A stretch of DNA of 64,000 bases, from the NCBI GenBank assembly GCA_048128005.1, contig JBEUKZ010000107.1, forward strand, positions 310,001-374,000. Direction: 5' to 3'. How positions within the stretch are numbered: position 1 is the stretch's first letter; every line of letters begins with the position of its first letter. A model generated the notes under the pieces. It searched no databases and was not told where the DNA came from. It worked only from the letters and a program-made list of their open reading frames with translations. A program made the position numbers and the translations under genes. The stretch is from Veleropilina oligotropha. Its lineage: Eukaryota. Of this stretch, positions 18,097 through 28,209 are shown piece by piece.

Positions 18097-19402
18097 CCCA
18101 CTGTCTAGCGGCAATAAGAAGCAAGCCCCCAACTGATATGACCAGTGCCCATAGGTTTTCAGCGAGCCACGATGCTGTCTTGCCAATCAGGTTGATTAGC
18201 CAGGAGACCAGGCTTCCAAGTATTCCTGGGAGCGCGGCTGCGGCCTTCCCTGCTAGTTTGCCTAGAATCCTTCCCAAGTTCTGCAGCTGCTTTTTGACCC
18301 ACTCCTTGACCCCGCCCTGACCACTGGGAGGTGGTGGTGGCGTTGGCGGGCTTGTTGCTCCACCTGTCAGGGCTAGTACCAAAGTCGAGATGGCGAGCCC
18401 GATAGCGGTCAGTATTGTTGCGATCGTAACCCCTTGCTCGCGGAACAGGGTCCGGATACGCTCGGCCAGCGTTGTGTCGGTGTTCAGGATCCGACTTATC
18501 ATCTCTCGGATCCGGCTGATTTGAGAGCGAAGGGCCTCCCGGCTTGATGATGCTGCCTCTAGGCGAGCTGCTCTTTCATCATTCAGGTCGCGCAGACGTT
18601 CCGCGATCCGTCGACGGATGAACTCATCCACACCGCCCTCTTCATCTGCCTGATCGAGCTTCATCTTCTCCAGCTCTATGTGTTCGTCCAGCGCCGTTAG
18701 TTTGGCTAGATTGTTGGTTAGTTCGCCTCGGATGGTCTGCATCGCCTTGTCAAGTCCGCGAAGCTCGCGAAGATTTAATGGAGGGTCCCCCATTGTGCCT
18801 AAGATCTCTTCAACCTCGGTATCAGTGAATTTCGTCTCCATCGTGTGGATTGCTACCGAGGCATCAGTAGCAGTCTGCCCCAAGTCCCGCAGTTCTACGT
18901 TTTCGACATTCGCCGCAGCACCGCTCAACTCGTTGTCGGCTGTCTGAAGAACTGCAACCGCTTTTGAGGCCAGCTTTTTTTCCCCCCGCGTCCAGTGTAC
19001 AAAACCCAACCCTTCACGGATTGCATCACCCCCACCAGGCCGGCCAGCTATTGTTGACAACGCCAAGGGGTTGCCGGTGCGAGAATTTATGAGATTGATG
19101 TCGGGGTAGTCCGTCATCACCAATTTCCCCCCCCTCCCTAATTTTCCCCTCACATACTTGAATTTTGAATAATCTCGCCCCGTGGCTGGGGTCTGCCCCT
19201 CCTGTGCCAGGGCTTTGTAGTAGTCGTCAACCACGCCCTGAACGAGCTCTTGCTGAAGACTGCTGGTTCCTTCCTGTGGCCGTTCCGAAAGAACAGGCAT
19301 AAACCGGTCGGTGGATAGATCCACATCAGTATCGTCGATGATGGTATCATCGTTGTCGATGAGATCGTCCGGCTCGAATGCGGGGTTCTCGAATTCCGCC
19401 AT
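18089..19402 (-). CDS. Coiled-coil protein with C-terminal hydrophobic/amphipathic helices
   Basis: 437 aa; acidic N-terminus, long heptad region, TM-like VTIATILTAIGLAISTLVLAL, poly-Pro, second hydrophobic end. Confidence 0.8.
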   Translation of the reverse strand: MAEFENPAFEPDDLIDNDDTIIDDTDVDLSTDRFMPVLSERPQEGTSSLQQELVQGVVDDYYKALAQEGQTPATGRDYSKFKYVRGKLGRGGKLVMTDYPDINLINSRTGNPLALSTIAGRPGGGDAIREGLGFVHWTRGEKKLASKAVAVLQTADNELSGAAANVENVELRDLGQTATDASVAIHTMETKFTDTEVEEILGTMGDPPLNLRELRGLDKAMQTIRGELTNNLAKLTALDEHIELEKMKLDQADEEGGVDEFIRRRIAERLRDLNDERAARLEAASSSREALRSQISRIREMISRILNTDTTLAERIRTLFREQGVTIATILTAIGLAISTLVLALTGGATSPPTPPPPPSGQGGVKEWVKKQLQNLGRILGKLAGKAAAALPGILGSLVSWLINLIGKTASWLAENLWALVISVGGLLLIAARQWVT

Positions 19403-19438
19403 TTGAATACATCAGTGGGATACGCATCTAATTCAGCC

Positions 19439-20740
19439 ATGACTAGCGTATACGGACGCAAGCTTAATCCATACCGCAGGCTGCGTGAGCCCCTCGCAGT
19501 CAAGGGCATCCGCCAGTCGGTCACGATTACAAACAATCCATCAACGATTGCCCCGAACCAGCAGCTCCTGGTTCGGTTCCCTAATCTCGGGGCGAATGAC
19601 GTGATCGTTCCAGGGACTGCCCACCTCGCATTTACCATCTCTCTGACCTCGGTAAATGCGAATAGGACTGTAGTGCAAAATATCGGCCGTGCCGTGATCA
19701 GAAAGACCACGATAAAGATAAGTGGAAACGAGATCATGTCGATTGACGACTCCGACGTGTACCACTGCTACTGCGATCTCTGGAAGACCACCGGGGAGCG
19801 CAAGAACGCCCAGTACCAGGGGATTGATACCAGCGATGGACACAACACTACGAAGCATCGTGTTGGTGCGGCAGACGCCTTTAGACTGTCTGAGGATGTC
19901 GCGGTCGCGGCCGCGTACGGTAACCGATTCCGCATCCCGCTGGATTTCGAGCTGTTGGAAAGTCACATGCCATTCTATCAAAGCGCCCTTGGAGACCGTC
20001 TCGAGTATGAGCTAACGTTCAACGACTACTCCCGGATTATCCGGGAGACGGACGACTCCGGTTCCAGCTATTCCATCGACAATATATCCCTCGAATATGA
20101 CATGGTAACCCAATCCGAGCTTGCCAGACGGATTCGAAATCAATACCAGGGTCAACTCGTAATCCTGTACGACCGTGTTCTCCGGCATCGGAAGCTCACC
20201 CTAGACAAGAGCGACTCGTTGTGGAATATGAATGTGAACGTACCGGCGAGGTCGATGAAAGGAATACTACTGTTGTTCGAGGACCCTGCGAGAGACGCCG
20301 CGCCATTCTCTCGCGATACTGAGGCCTTCTATAATCCGAAGATCACAAAGGTCGAGGTCACAATCGAGGGTGTCCCGAATCAAATCTACAGCCAGGGCAT
20401 GCGAACATACCAGATCTGGGAAGAAGCCAAGAAAATGTTCGCCTCCGGCAGCAGCAAGCGGCATCCTGAGGTCGCGATGGTCGCAAAGGACTTGGAGATG
20501 GCAGACGTCACCCTGGGCGAATTTCTGACTAAGAAATTTGCGCTCTGGATCGATATGCGGGTAACTGACGACGATCAGTTGCACGGGTCAGGCCGGAGGG
20601 TCGAGAACGCCAGCGAAGGCATTACTATTCAGATCACTAAAACAGCCGAAGCGGCCGGTCCACTGAACGTCTACGAGTTCGTGATCATGGACGCACAGCT
20701 GAATATCGAGAATGGCCGATTCGTCGAAGCACTGTACTAA
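19439..20740 (+). CDS. Probable major capsid protein (double jelly roll)
   Basis: 433 aa, alternating beta-strand pattern in two halves (IGRAVIRKTTIKISGNEI; RFRIPL; ITKVEVTIEG); directly upstream of the packaging ATPase. Confidence 0.8.
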   Translation: MTSVYGRKLNPYRRLREPLAVKGIRQSVTITNNPSTIAPNQQLLVRFPNLGANDVIVPGTAHLAFTISLTSVNANRTVVQNIGRAVIRKTTIKISGNEIMSIDDSDVYHCYCDLWKTTGERKNAQYQGIDTSDGHNTTKHRVGAADAFRLSEDVAVAAAYGNRFRIPLDFELLESHMPFYQSALGDRLEYELTFNDYSRIIRETDDSGSSYSIDNISLEYDMVTQSELARRIRNQYQGQLVILYDRVLRHRKLTLDKSDSLWNMNVNVPARSMKGILLLFEDPARDAAPFSRDTEAFYNPKITKVEVTIEGVPNQIYSQGMRTYQIWEEAKKMFASGSSKRHPEVAMVAKDLEMADVTLGEFLTKKFALWIDMRVTDDDQLHGSGRRVENASEGITIQITKTAEAAGPLNVYEFVIMDAQLNIENGRFVEALY

Positions 20741-21344
20741 ACGATTTCCGCACACCAAGGACCCTCACTCCGCAATCATCTGCGGCCAGACGGGCTGTGG
20801 GAAGACGGTTTTCATGCTTGAACTGCTGGAAGGGGAGTATCGAGGCGTCTTCCGGCATATCGTGGTCCTCTGCCCCACGATCAAGTACAACAAAGCATAC
20901 CAGTCTTGTCCGTGGATCTGGACCGACCCTGAGGTGTATTTAGTCCCCCCGGGTGAGCGACTCCATGACTGGCTGCGGGGGTTCTACCGGCTGTTTCAGG
21001 GGGAATCAACTTTATATATCATCGACGACTGCGCCGCGAGCAAGGCTATGGCAAAGAGGAGGGACATGCTGACTTTGTTGGCCTTCAGCGGCAGGCATGC
21101 TTCCCAGAGCGTATGGGTAGTGACGCAAAAGTACAACTCGGTCTTGAAGGAGCTCAGAGAGCAGACCCGCTGGGTCGCGCTGTTCCATTGCAAGGACCGC
21201 GACAGTTTCGAGGACTGTCTGCGCGAGAACGATGTAATCCCGTCGCAGGATGAACGGACCGCGGTTCGCCGGCTGTTGGCCGAGACCAGACACGCTAAGC
21301 TCCTGTTGAAAACTGATCAGCCCGTTGCTTATAGTGTGCTGTAG
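20712..21344 (+). CDS. A32-like (FtsK/HerA superfamily) genome packaging ATPase
   Basis: Walker A GQTGCGKT, Walker B LYIIDD, SGRH, VVTQ. Confidence 0.9.
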   Translation: MADSSKHCTKRFPHTKDPHSAIICGQTGCGKTVFMLELLEGEYRGVFRHIVVLCPTIKYNKAYQSCPWIWTDPEVYLVPPGERLHDWLRGFYRLFQGESTLYIIDDCAASKAMAKRRDMLTLLAFSGRHASQSVWVVTQKYNSVLKELREQTRWVALFHCKDRDSFEDCLRENDVIPSQDERTAVRRLLAETRHAKLLLKTDQPVAYSVL

Positions 21345-21375
21345 CAAGCTGTAGTCTACTGAGCATCTACCCAGC

Positions 21376-22134
21376 ATGTCGGACGCGGTATACATAGCTT
21401 TTGCTTTCAGCCAGAGCCTGATCTTGTTGCTACTCGTAACGTTGTGGTATTGGCATTATCGCTATATTAGACTGGCGAGGAGATGTTGGAAACGCTTAAG
21501 GATGGACAGCCTCATCGATCAACTCATGGATGACGAGGAAGAAACGACCGTGAGCAGCAGCTCACCCCGCTCGACGACCAAACGCTGCTCGCAGCACGAG
21601 GAACCTGAAACTGGCTCCATAGGGATGGCAAAGAAACGGGAGAGGCTTGCAGCATTAGCCGTTGGAGGGGCCCACAGATACATGGGGCGTAACCTCACAG
21701 TGGACCGAATCGACGATATGACTGACGACGAGGTTGAGAAACACCACGCACGGTATGAAGCGAAGCTAGGTGCTGACATGACGAAGACCCTCGGGGCCGC
21801 TGCTATACAGCTGTATGCGGGTGCAGCTGGGATGTTCCTGCCCATTCCACCAGCAAACCAGCTACGACTGATCGCTGATCTCGAGGCCGACCCGTTCATC
21901 TCACATGCCCTGACCACTGCAAGCTGTGAGCTGTATTATAAATGGGGCATGTACCTCGCACCGCTGACCGCAGCGTTGACCACGGCTAAGCACTGCCAAT
22001 TTGGACATGTTTGCCCGCCTAAGATACCAGATCAAGATGACGACGCCGGAGGTGGACCAAACGATGTCGAGCCAGCCGATCGAGAGCCAGCCGATAGAGA
22101 GGGTGACTTCATCGACAGACTCATCAGTGAGTAA
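21376..22134 (+). CDS. Uncharacterised viral protein, possible N-terminal signal anchor
   Basis: 252 aa; conserved in element A. Confidence 0.7.
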   Translation: MSDAVYIAFAFSQSLILLLLVTLWYWHYRYIRLARRCWKRLRMDSLIDQLMDDEEETTVSSSSPRSTTKRCSQHEEPETGSIGMAKKRERLAALAVGGAHRYMGRNLTVDRIDDMTDDEVEKHHARYEAKLGADMTKTLGAAAIQLYAGAAGMFLPIPPANQLRLIADLEADPFISHALTTASCELYYKWGMYLAPLTAALTTAKHCQFGHVCPPKIPDQDDDAGGGPNDVEPADREPADREGDFIDRLISE

Positions 22135-22528
22135 AAAGGACCCGAAAAAAGTGGCTGCAGGTCGGGCCGGCGCTGCTGCTCGAAAAGCCAAGCAGGAGAA
22201 GCTACTGGCCGCGGTTCGAAAAATGAAAGAAGACCTGAGTGCCCCAACAAGTGTTGTCGTTCCATCAGAACAGCCCGGGGAGGCGGTTCCAGCCGCAGAA
22301 AGACCGCGTGCGCCAGATACACGGAAATCGGACCTATTTAATTGGACCCAGGTAGCCGTCGCTGCCGGTACGGTTGCGTTGGTATTTGTTGTCTGGAAGA
22401 CGTCCTCAGAACGCAGCAACCCTGGTCCATCCACACCACATCAACAGCCACCAGACGCGGACGCTCGGTGCTCTCGGGCCGCCCCCACTATCGAATTGAA
22501 GAAGCAGAACCCTTTTCATATGCAATAG
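22001..22528 (+). CDS. Basic-motif protein with one TM helix
   Basis: 175 aa; overlaps the upstream ORF in another frame; true start may be MTTPEV. Confidence 0.7.
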   Translation: MDMFARLRYQIKMTTPEVDQTMSSQPIESQPIERVTSSTDSSVSKKDPKKVAAGRAGAAARKAKQEKLLAAVRKMKEDLSAPTSVVVPSEQPGEAVPAAERPRAPDTRKSDLFNWTQVAVAAGTVALVFVVWKTSSERSNPGPSTPHQQPPDADARCSRAAPTIELKKQNPFHMQ

Positions 22529-22553
22529 TCGCAAACGGTACTAATCAACAGTT

Positions 22554-22793
22554 ATGACTACCCCAATCACTGATGGAAAGATGCTCGGCAACGCTGTATA
22601 CCACGCCGCTATAGTGTCAGGCCTCGCCATTGGCTACGCACGCCTGACAAAGATGGTATTCAAGGGAGCGAGCCCCAAACTGGACTTCACGGGCTACGAT
22701 GTCGGGATGGTCGTCCTCGACGTAGCGCTCGCCATGGCGACGAAAGACATGCTGATCAAGCAAGGCATCATTCCGGCCGATATATTGAAGTAG
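22554..22793 (+). CDS. Small hydrophobic viral protein
   Basis: 79 aa, two moderately hydrophobic helices. Confidence 0.75.
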   Translation: MTTPITDGKMLGNAVYHAAIVSGLAIGYARLTKMVFKGASPKLDFTGYDVGMVVLDVALAMATKDMLIKQGIIPADILK

Positions 22794-22824
22794 TGGGACC
22801 TTGCTAGATAATCGCAGCATTTCA

Positions 22825-23253
22825 ATGGCTTCCATTGCGATGCTGGTTGGGGGCGCTCTCGTCAACGCCCTCGCCTTCAGCGGCTCCAACTTCCTCTTCT
22901 CGAAGCTACGCAGCTCCGGTGTCGATGCGGAGCGTAAACGCCACGACATTGCTGTAGAACAGCTCAACGCTGCTCAGACTAAATGGTCACAACAGAGGGC
23001 AGAGCGTCTCGACTGGCTGAACGTTGAACTTCGCCGCCAGGGTCATGCCGTTGGCACATTCCGGGATGTTGACGCCGCGATCCGTGAGTATGCATTGATC
23101 ACCGGCAAGAACCTTGACCCCGGCCTGGGGGGTGGCCCTGAGCCCGCCCTGTCTGACTACTACACACCGAGCGATGGCCAGAAGGGACGTGAGATCACCT
23201 TCATCATCCTGGGGATGGCTGCGACCGGGTTGGTCGCCTACAAGCTCGCCTAA
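22825..23253 (+). CDS. Viral protein with hydrophobic termini
   Basis: MASIAMLVGGALVNALAF... and ...ITFIILGMAATGLVAYKLA. Confidence 0.75.
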   Translation: MASIAMLVGGALVNALAFSGSNFLFSKLRSSGVDAERKRHDIAVEQLNAAQTKWSQQRAERLDWLNVELRRQGHAVGTFRDVDAAIREYALITGKNLDPGLGGGPEPALSDYYTPSDGQKGREITFIILGMAATGLVAYKLA

Positions 23254-23279
23254 TTATTTCCAGTGGACATTTTTTTCGT

Positions 23280-23516
23280 GTGCCAGGTATAATAATGGGG
23301 CTCCCAGAAGAGCTGTACTGCGCTATGCTTGCGGTCGGCTATAGTACTACGTTACTCGACTGCTGGCGCCGCGACGAAAAGACTATGGTGCGGTTCGCGG
23401 TCCTGGTGCTCTCGGGCCCGACCAACCTACGGGCGACGACTGCGCAGCGACCGGCTCCGGAAGCTGAAGCCTGTTGGAGACTGATCAGTTTACTGGAATA
23501 CATTGCTGATGGATAG
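23280..23516 (+). CDS. Small hypothetical protein upstream of integrase
   Basis: Fills the intergenic gap, overlaps the integrase start, kept in both elements (A 7150-7386); start codon uncertain. Confidence 0.5.
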   Translation: MPGIIMGLPEELYCAMLAVGYSTTLLDCWRRDEKTMVRFAVLVLSGPTNLRATTAQRPAPEAEACWRLISLLEYIADG

Positions 23517-24507
23517 TAAGCTTGCGAGGATGTACTACAGCCCTAAGGGCTACTGGAAAGGCATTGCCGCGATAAAGAAACTAGCTGACGCTGCCAAGGC
23601 GTCTGAAGTGGAGGCCCGGACATGGCTTAAGAGGCAGGCTATATGGCAGATATATTTACCTGCGCCACGGCGGATTCCAAGACCAAAATTCGACGTCGTA
23701 ACGCCAAACGAGGTTCACCAAGCCGACCTCCTGTTTCTCCCCCATGACAAGGTCAGACACAAGACCTATAAGTACGCTTTGACTGTGGTTGATGTGGCCA
23801 GTCGCTTTAAAGAAGCTGAGCCTCTGGCCACAAAAGAGGCCAAAGGGGTTGCTGAAGCTCTGTCTCGAATCTACAGGCGGAGTCCTCTTAGCTGGCCGAA
23901 ATTGCTTCAGGTTGATCCAGGGCGGGAGTTTATGGGCGCGGTGTCCCAGCTGCTGGCAAAGAATAATGTCGAGGTTAGGCGTGGCCGTGTGGATCTCCAT
24001 CGCGATCAAGGGATCGTGGAGCGCTTCAACCGGACGCTCGCTGAGCGGCTCTTCGGGCACCAGTATGCAACAGAGATGAGTTTTACAGGGTCTGCGAAAG
24101 AGGGTCAAAGGTCAACTGAGTGGGTCGCCAGGCTAGCAGCTGTAGTTGCGGCGTTGAATGGGGAAGTGACCAGGCTGACCGGTAAAAAGCCCAAGGACGC
24201 CATCAAGGCACCTCGCGTTGCACAAAAGCCCGGCGCCACTGTTCCAGGCCGACAGGGGAAGGAACAGAAACTCCCCTCTGGCGTAGATGTTCGCTACCTA
24301 TACCAACCCGGTGAGTTGGAGGGTGGTCGCCGCCGTGCCACTGACCCGGTGTGGTCTTTGACGGTTCACAGGCTTGGACGCTCTGTCACTAAACCTGACG
24401 AGCCTGTGCTCTACTACTTGCTTGATGGACCACCGCGTGGGTTCGTTCGTGAGGAACTTCTCGTGGTGCCTCGTGACACCCAACTGCCGCCGGTTCTCAG
24501 GCGTTAA
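23509..24507 (+). CDS. Retroviral-type DDE integrase
   Basis: HQADL, LQVDPGREF, GIVERFNRTL; no C-terminal chromodomain visible; 3' end overlaps the convergent polymerase gene by 11 bp. Confidence 0.92.
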   Translation: MDSKLARMYYSPKGYWKGIAAIKKLADAAKASEVEARTWLKRQAIWQIYLPAPRRIPRPKFDVVTPNEVHQADLLFLPHDKVRHKTYKYALTVVDVASRFKEAEPLATKEAKGVAEALSRIYRRSPLSWPKLLQVDPGREFMGAVSQLLAKNNVEVRRGRVDLHRDQGIVERFNRTLAERLFGHQYATEMSFTGSAKEGQRSTEWVARLAAVVAALNGEVTRLTGKKPKDAIKAPRVAQKPGATVPGRQGKEQKLPSGVDVRYLYQPGELEGGRRRATDPVWSLTVHRLGRSVTKPDEPVLYYLLDGPPRGFVREELLVVPRDTQLPPVLRR

Positions 24508-27500
24508 CAACCGCAAATCCTCTTTTTCGGTTACATTCAAGGCACGTTAAGCGCACGTTGTCGCGGATGTGGCCCCTGCGGTTGTCCACACGGTCGACAC
24601 TGAACTGCTGTGTGTCTTTGGGCTGGTAGGCCCAGAGCAGCTCTATGTTACATGCTGCGCATCGGTTGTTTTGGGCCTCTCTGAGCCGCAGGATGTCGTC
24701 GACCTTGAGGTTAAACCCCGGGAGTCCCTTTGCCTGGTCCTGGCGCATGTATGCCACGAGCTTCCTCTGGATGGTTTTTCGGAGCTGCTGCTTGCTCTGC
24801 TGCGCTTGGGGCGGCCTGTCCTCAGAACCCTCATCTGGAGGACAGGTTACCCGCTCGAGCTGATGCAGATACTCCACACGGGACACGGCTAGGTAGGCGA
24901 GATTACTCCACTGAAGGTAGTCGTCGATGATCCAGACTTTCTGTGGGTCGTGAATCGTAAGACCCTGGCTCGAATGGATGGTGAGAGCATAGCCCAGGCG
25001 CCAATCCGGGGTCAGGATAGCCTGCTCAGCGGCCTCAATCGTGACCTCGACGACGTCGTTGAGAACTAGCTCCTCTCTTTCATCGGTGCCCGGAATGGTT
25101 ACCATGATGTTCTGTTTTCTGCTGTCCCTGGGGTGGTACAGGATAGGCACCATGGAGTCTGGGAAGTGCTCCTTGTGCCTCTGGAGCAACAGCTGTTGAG
25201 CCCGTTCGCGGACCTTCTGACGGCTGGTGAGGATTAGGTCGCCTGGCCTCCAGGTGTTGACAAACCGATCCCATCCAAGGCAGCTGGGGAGACTCTTACG
25301 CATTTCCCCGCACTGGATTTTGTCGGGCTGGAGACGTATACGTCTTTTCAGGGCTTGGAGGGCAGGGTCGTCTTTCGCCCTGTAATCTACTTCGATCTCC
25401 TCATAGTAGTCCGCGGTCTGTCGCAGCCAATCGTGCGGCATCTCGCCCGTAATCGGTGGTGGCTGGCCTTGATCGCCACAGCAGATAACCTGAACTTCGT
25501 GGTGGCCCAGCCAGTCCAAGAACATCTCGAGGATAGGCCGGGGAACAGTACAGACCTCATCCCAGATAATGACGCGGGGGATGAACTTCTGACCCATGCG
25601 GTCGGGTGTCCAGTCAGTCTGGCCGCTCCATCGGAAGAAACTGTGGTAGGTCTGGGCTTTGACGCCTCTGGTTCGCATCTCTTTAGCGAGGCGGTGGGTT
25701 GGCGTGAACACGGTGGGATTCCTTGCCCGGAAGAGCTCTATAGCTCTCGTAGTCTTGCCACAGCCCCCTCCACCATTGAGGTAACTCAGGCGATGGTGGG
25801 TCAGCGTGTCATTGTAGCAAGGCGCGGTGCTTGGCTGGCTGGAATTGGCGGCACAACAATACTCTGGCTTGGGCAGGTATGCGGCATGTTCCTGTGGCAG
25901 GTAAAGCTGTTCCCCCTTGTCACGCCACTGGGCCGGTGCTACTGGCGGAAGGTACGGCTCCGCGATCAGACATGAGATGCACGATTTCTCGCCACAGTCG
26001 CAGAGTCTGGGGGCAACGTACACCGTGACATCGTCGAGCTTCTCCAACGAGGCCTTCTTGAGGTAGATGCTGTCAGTGGCTACCCGGACAGCTTCTGCTG
26101 CACTGAAACGCTGAAGCATTGATAGGAGGTTGATGTGGGCATATGCCAGCATCGAGGCCCTCAGGTGGGCATACTGAGGCTGGGAGCCATCATAGTACGT
26201 GAGGATGTGCCCCATAGGGCACCTTTGAGGTGCGCCGACCAGGGTACCGCTTTGGCGGGTGTCTCTTACGAGGAAGTCAAGCTCTCCCTGGTCAATCACC
26301 AGTCTACGGGTCAATCTTTTGCCGTCAGCTTTGGCGCCTTGGGTGAATTTGCCGATAATGCTGCAGCCCTGGTCACGATCCGGAGGAAGCCAGACCTTGG
26401 TCTGCTTTTTGAATGCGATGATAGCTTCTCGGATCTTGAGGCTCTTTAGCAGTCCAGACTCTACGAGGTAGGCGAGCAGAGGCGTCGGGGCCCAACCATT
26501 CTCTGCAAAGTGCTTGCCGAACCATGCGGGTATGACGGGGTGGATGTCTTCCGCGAACTCCCATTCCACGACCTCAGCAAACCCAGTACCGATTTCTTGG
26601 GGAAGAGGACCATTAATTGCGACCCGCGTCATGCTGTGGGTTGGGTGTCCGAATCTTTCGAAATACGGCTTGGCCTCGCCCTGCCCCAGAAAGCTAGCAG
26701 GGTAGCAGGCTTTCATATCGATGCAGCAGACATCGCCCGTATCATAGTTCATGGAATTCCACAGGCCACCATGACCGTGCTCCACGCAGGCCTTCTGGAC
26801 GTCATCGAGCAGGCTCGCTGGGGTGGGTTTCCAGCCGTTCTTCTCTTTGGCCATAATGCTAGCTGCATGGTTCACGCCAAAGGCTCTCTCGGCAAGGGAC
26901 TCGTTCCCCAGCGCTGTACAGGCTTCCTGGAGTCTCTCGTGATCATCTTGTGTCCTGTACGTGCGACCGTCTTGCAGCACGAACTGGTCCACGCCGAGCT
27001 GTCGGTCTTTACCGCCAAGGAGCCAGACAGCTAATGGCTCATTCCGTGTGGCTTGTCGGATAGCTTCCCAGACATCGCCCTCGTAGATGTGGACCTCTCT
27101 ACTTTGCGGGAAGTGCAGCTCCTTGGACCATGCATGGCCGTTGTGACATATGAGCTCTACTTTACCTCTCACCCCGCCTGTGGACCCACCAAACTGGTAT
27201 TTCCCACTATTGTAGATGTCCTCGCCGGCGATGTCTCTCAAGATAATCGCCCGTTTGAGGATCCTCTCAAGGCCAGCCACATCATCCACAGTGGCGCCTG
27301 TTACATGAACTCGCGCCTCCCACTCCTGTATTTTCTGCCGCCTGATTGGAGTGAGTCCGTTTCCTCGCAGGGCACCTTCGAAGTGCTCAACCACTCTCTG
27401 GGCAACGCAGTTGAGATCGCCGTTCTTCATTGGAACCAGGTTGGCGGGGTTTGGTTCTCTGAGAGGATAGACGCCGTAGACGACTGCAGTAACCGGGTAG

Positions 27501-28174
27501 GCGTTCTCGTAGTAGGCTTTGTCGACCCCAGTGATAGCACCTGGCTTAGTGTCCTGAGAGATCTCAACGACACCCTGGCCCTTCTTCCTCGCAGCCTTCA
27601 CCGGGTCAAACTTGTCTTCGACCACCCAGTCGCCTTCACCCCACTCCCGCAAGAACTTTATCCTCAGGAGAAACTCACCCTTGGGAAGGGCTGTGAGGAG
27701 CTGTGCCGCCCTCGCATCTGTCATACGGGCATCCAGGGCCAGCCGTCCAGCCACTTCTATCCTCCATGTGGAGAAGGCCGCCGCGGCGCCATCGACCTCA
27801 AACTCGTCTTTGGCGTCGCTCAAGAGTTCCACCCATGGCTCTTTTGCTGGGAGCCTTACAGGGGGAGGGACCTGGTCATCCAGGTCGATGAATCGTTGCC
27901 CCTCTGTTGTGGTAAACAGCCCTAGTAGATCATTCTGGTAGTCCTGGGCTGTCCGGGGCTTTTTGGAGAGGGGGATTGGGTCAAATTCCTCAACAATGGC
28001 TTTCCGCTTTCTCTCCGTTTGGGGATCCTTGGATGGGACCAGAGGCTTCAACAAGCGCTCCTTCACGTCTTCCGGGATTGGTTCGTCTAGAATATTCTGA
28101 ACCACGTCCCGGAGAGTTTCAGATGCCTGCATGTCTGCGAGCAGTTGGTCTATATAGTCATCCATAGTCGACAT
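24497..28174 (-). CDS. Replication polyprotein: OTU-like domain + family B DNA polymerase + SF1B (RecD/Pif1-like) helicase + HNH-type nuclease
   Basis: 1225 aa. NGDLNC (~27410) and HNGH (~27135); PolB IDMKACYP (~26715), SIIGKF, ATDSIY (~26075); helicase GGGGCGKT, TPTH, TYHSFF, WDE, GDQGQ, YR, TIHSSQG, YLAVSR; C-terminal CAAC...DRVDN..GH..N...CLECN. Confidence 0.9.
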   Translation of the reverse strand: MSTMDDYIDQLLADMQASETLRDVVQNILDEPIPEDVKERLLKPLVPSKDPQTERKRKAIVEEFDPIPLSKKPRTAQDYQNDLLGLFTTTEGQRFIDLDDQVPPPVRLPAKEPWVELLSDAKDEFEVDGAAAAFSTWRIEVAGRLALDARMTDARAAQLLTALPKGEFLLRIKFLREWGEGDWVVEDKFDPVKAARKKGQGVVEISQDTKPGAITGVDKAYYENAYPVTAVVYGVYPLREPNPANLVPMKNGDLNCVAQRVVEHFEGALRGNGLTPIRRQKIQEWEARVHVTGATVDDVAGLERILKRAIILRDIAGEDIYNSGKYQFGGSTGGVRGKVELICHNGHAWSKELHFPQSREVHIYEGDVWEAIRQATRNEPLAVWLLGGKDRQLGVDQFVLQDGRTYRTQDDHERLQEACTALGNESLAERAFGVNHAASIMAKEKNGWKPTPASLLDDVQKACVEHGHGGLWNSMNYDTGDVCCIDMKACYPASFLGQGEAKPYFERFGHPTHSMTRVAINGPLPQEIGTGFAEVVEWEFAEDIHPVIPAWFGKHFAENGWAPTPLLAYLVESGLLKSLKIREAIIAFKKQTKVWLPPDRDQGCSIIGKFTQGAKADGKRLTRRLVIDQGELDFLVRDTRQSGTLVGAPQRCPMGHILTYYDGSQPQYAHLRASMLAYAHINLLSMLQRFSAAEAVRVATDSIYLKKASLEKLDDVTVYVAPRLCDCGEKSCISCLIAEPYLPPVAPAQWRDKGEQLYLPQEHAAYLPKPEYCCAANSSQPSTAPCYNDTLTHHRLSYLNGGGGCGKTTRAIELFRARNPTVFTPTHRLAKEMRTRGVKAQTYHSFFRWSGQTDWTPDRMGQKFIPRVIIWDEVCTVPRPILEMFLDWLGHHEVQVICCGDQGQPPPITGEMPHDWLRQTADYYEEIEVDYRAKDDPALQALKRRIRLQPDKIQCGEMRKSLPSCLGWDRFVNTWRPGDLILTSRQKVRERAQQLLLQRHKEHFPDSMVPILYHPRDSRKQNIMVTIPGTDEREELVLNDVVEVTIEAAEQAILTPDWRLGYALTIHSSQGLTIHDPQKVWIIDDYLQWSNLAYLAVSRVEYLHQLERVTCPPDEGSEDRPPQAQQSKQQLRKTIQRKLVAYMRQDQAKGLPGFNLKVDDILRLREAQNNRCAACNIELLWAYQPKDTQQFSVDRVDNRRGHIRDNVRLTCLECNRKRGFAVVNA

Positions 28175-28209
28175 GTTGCTGGGGGGTATACACTATGGAC
28201 AGCGCCTCT

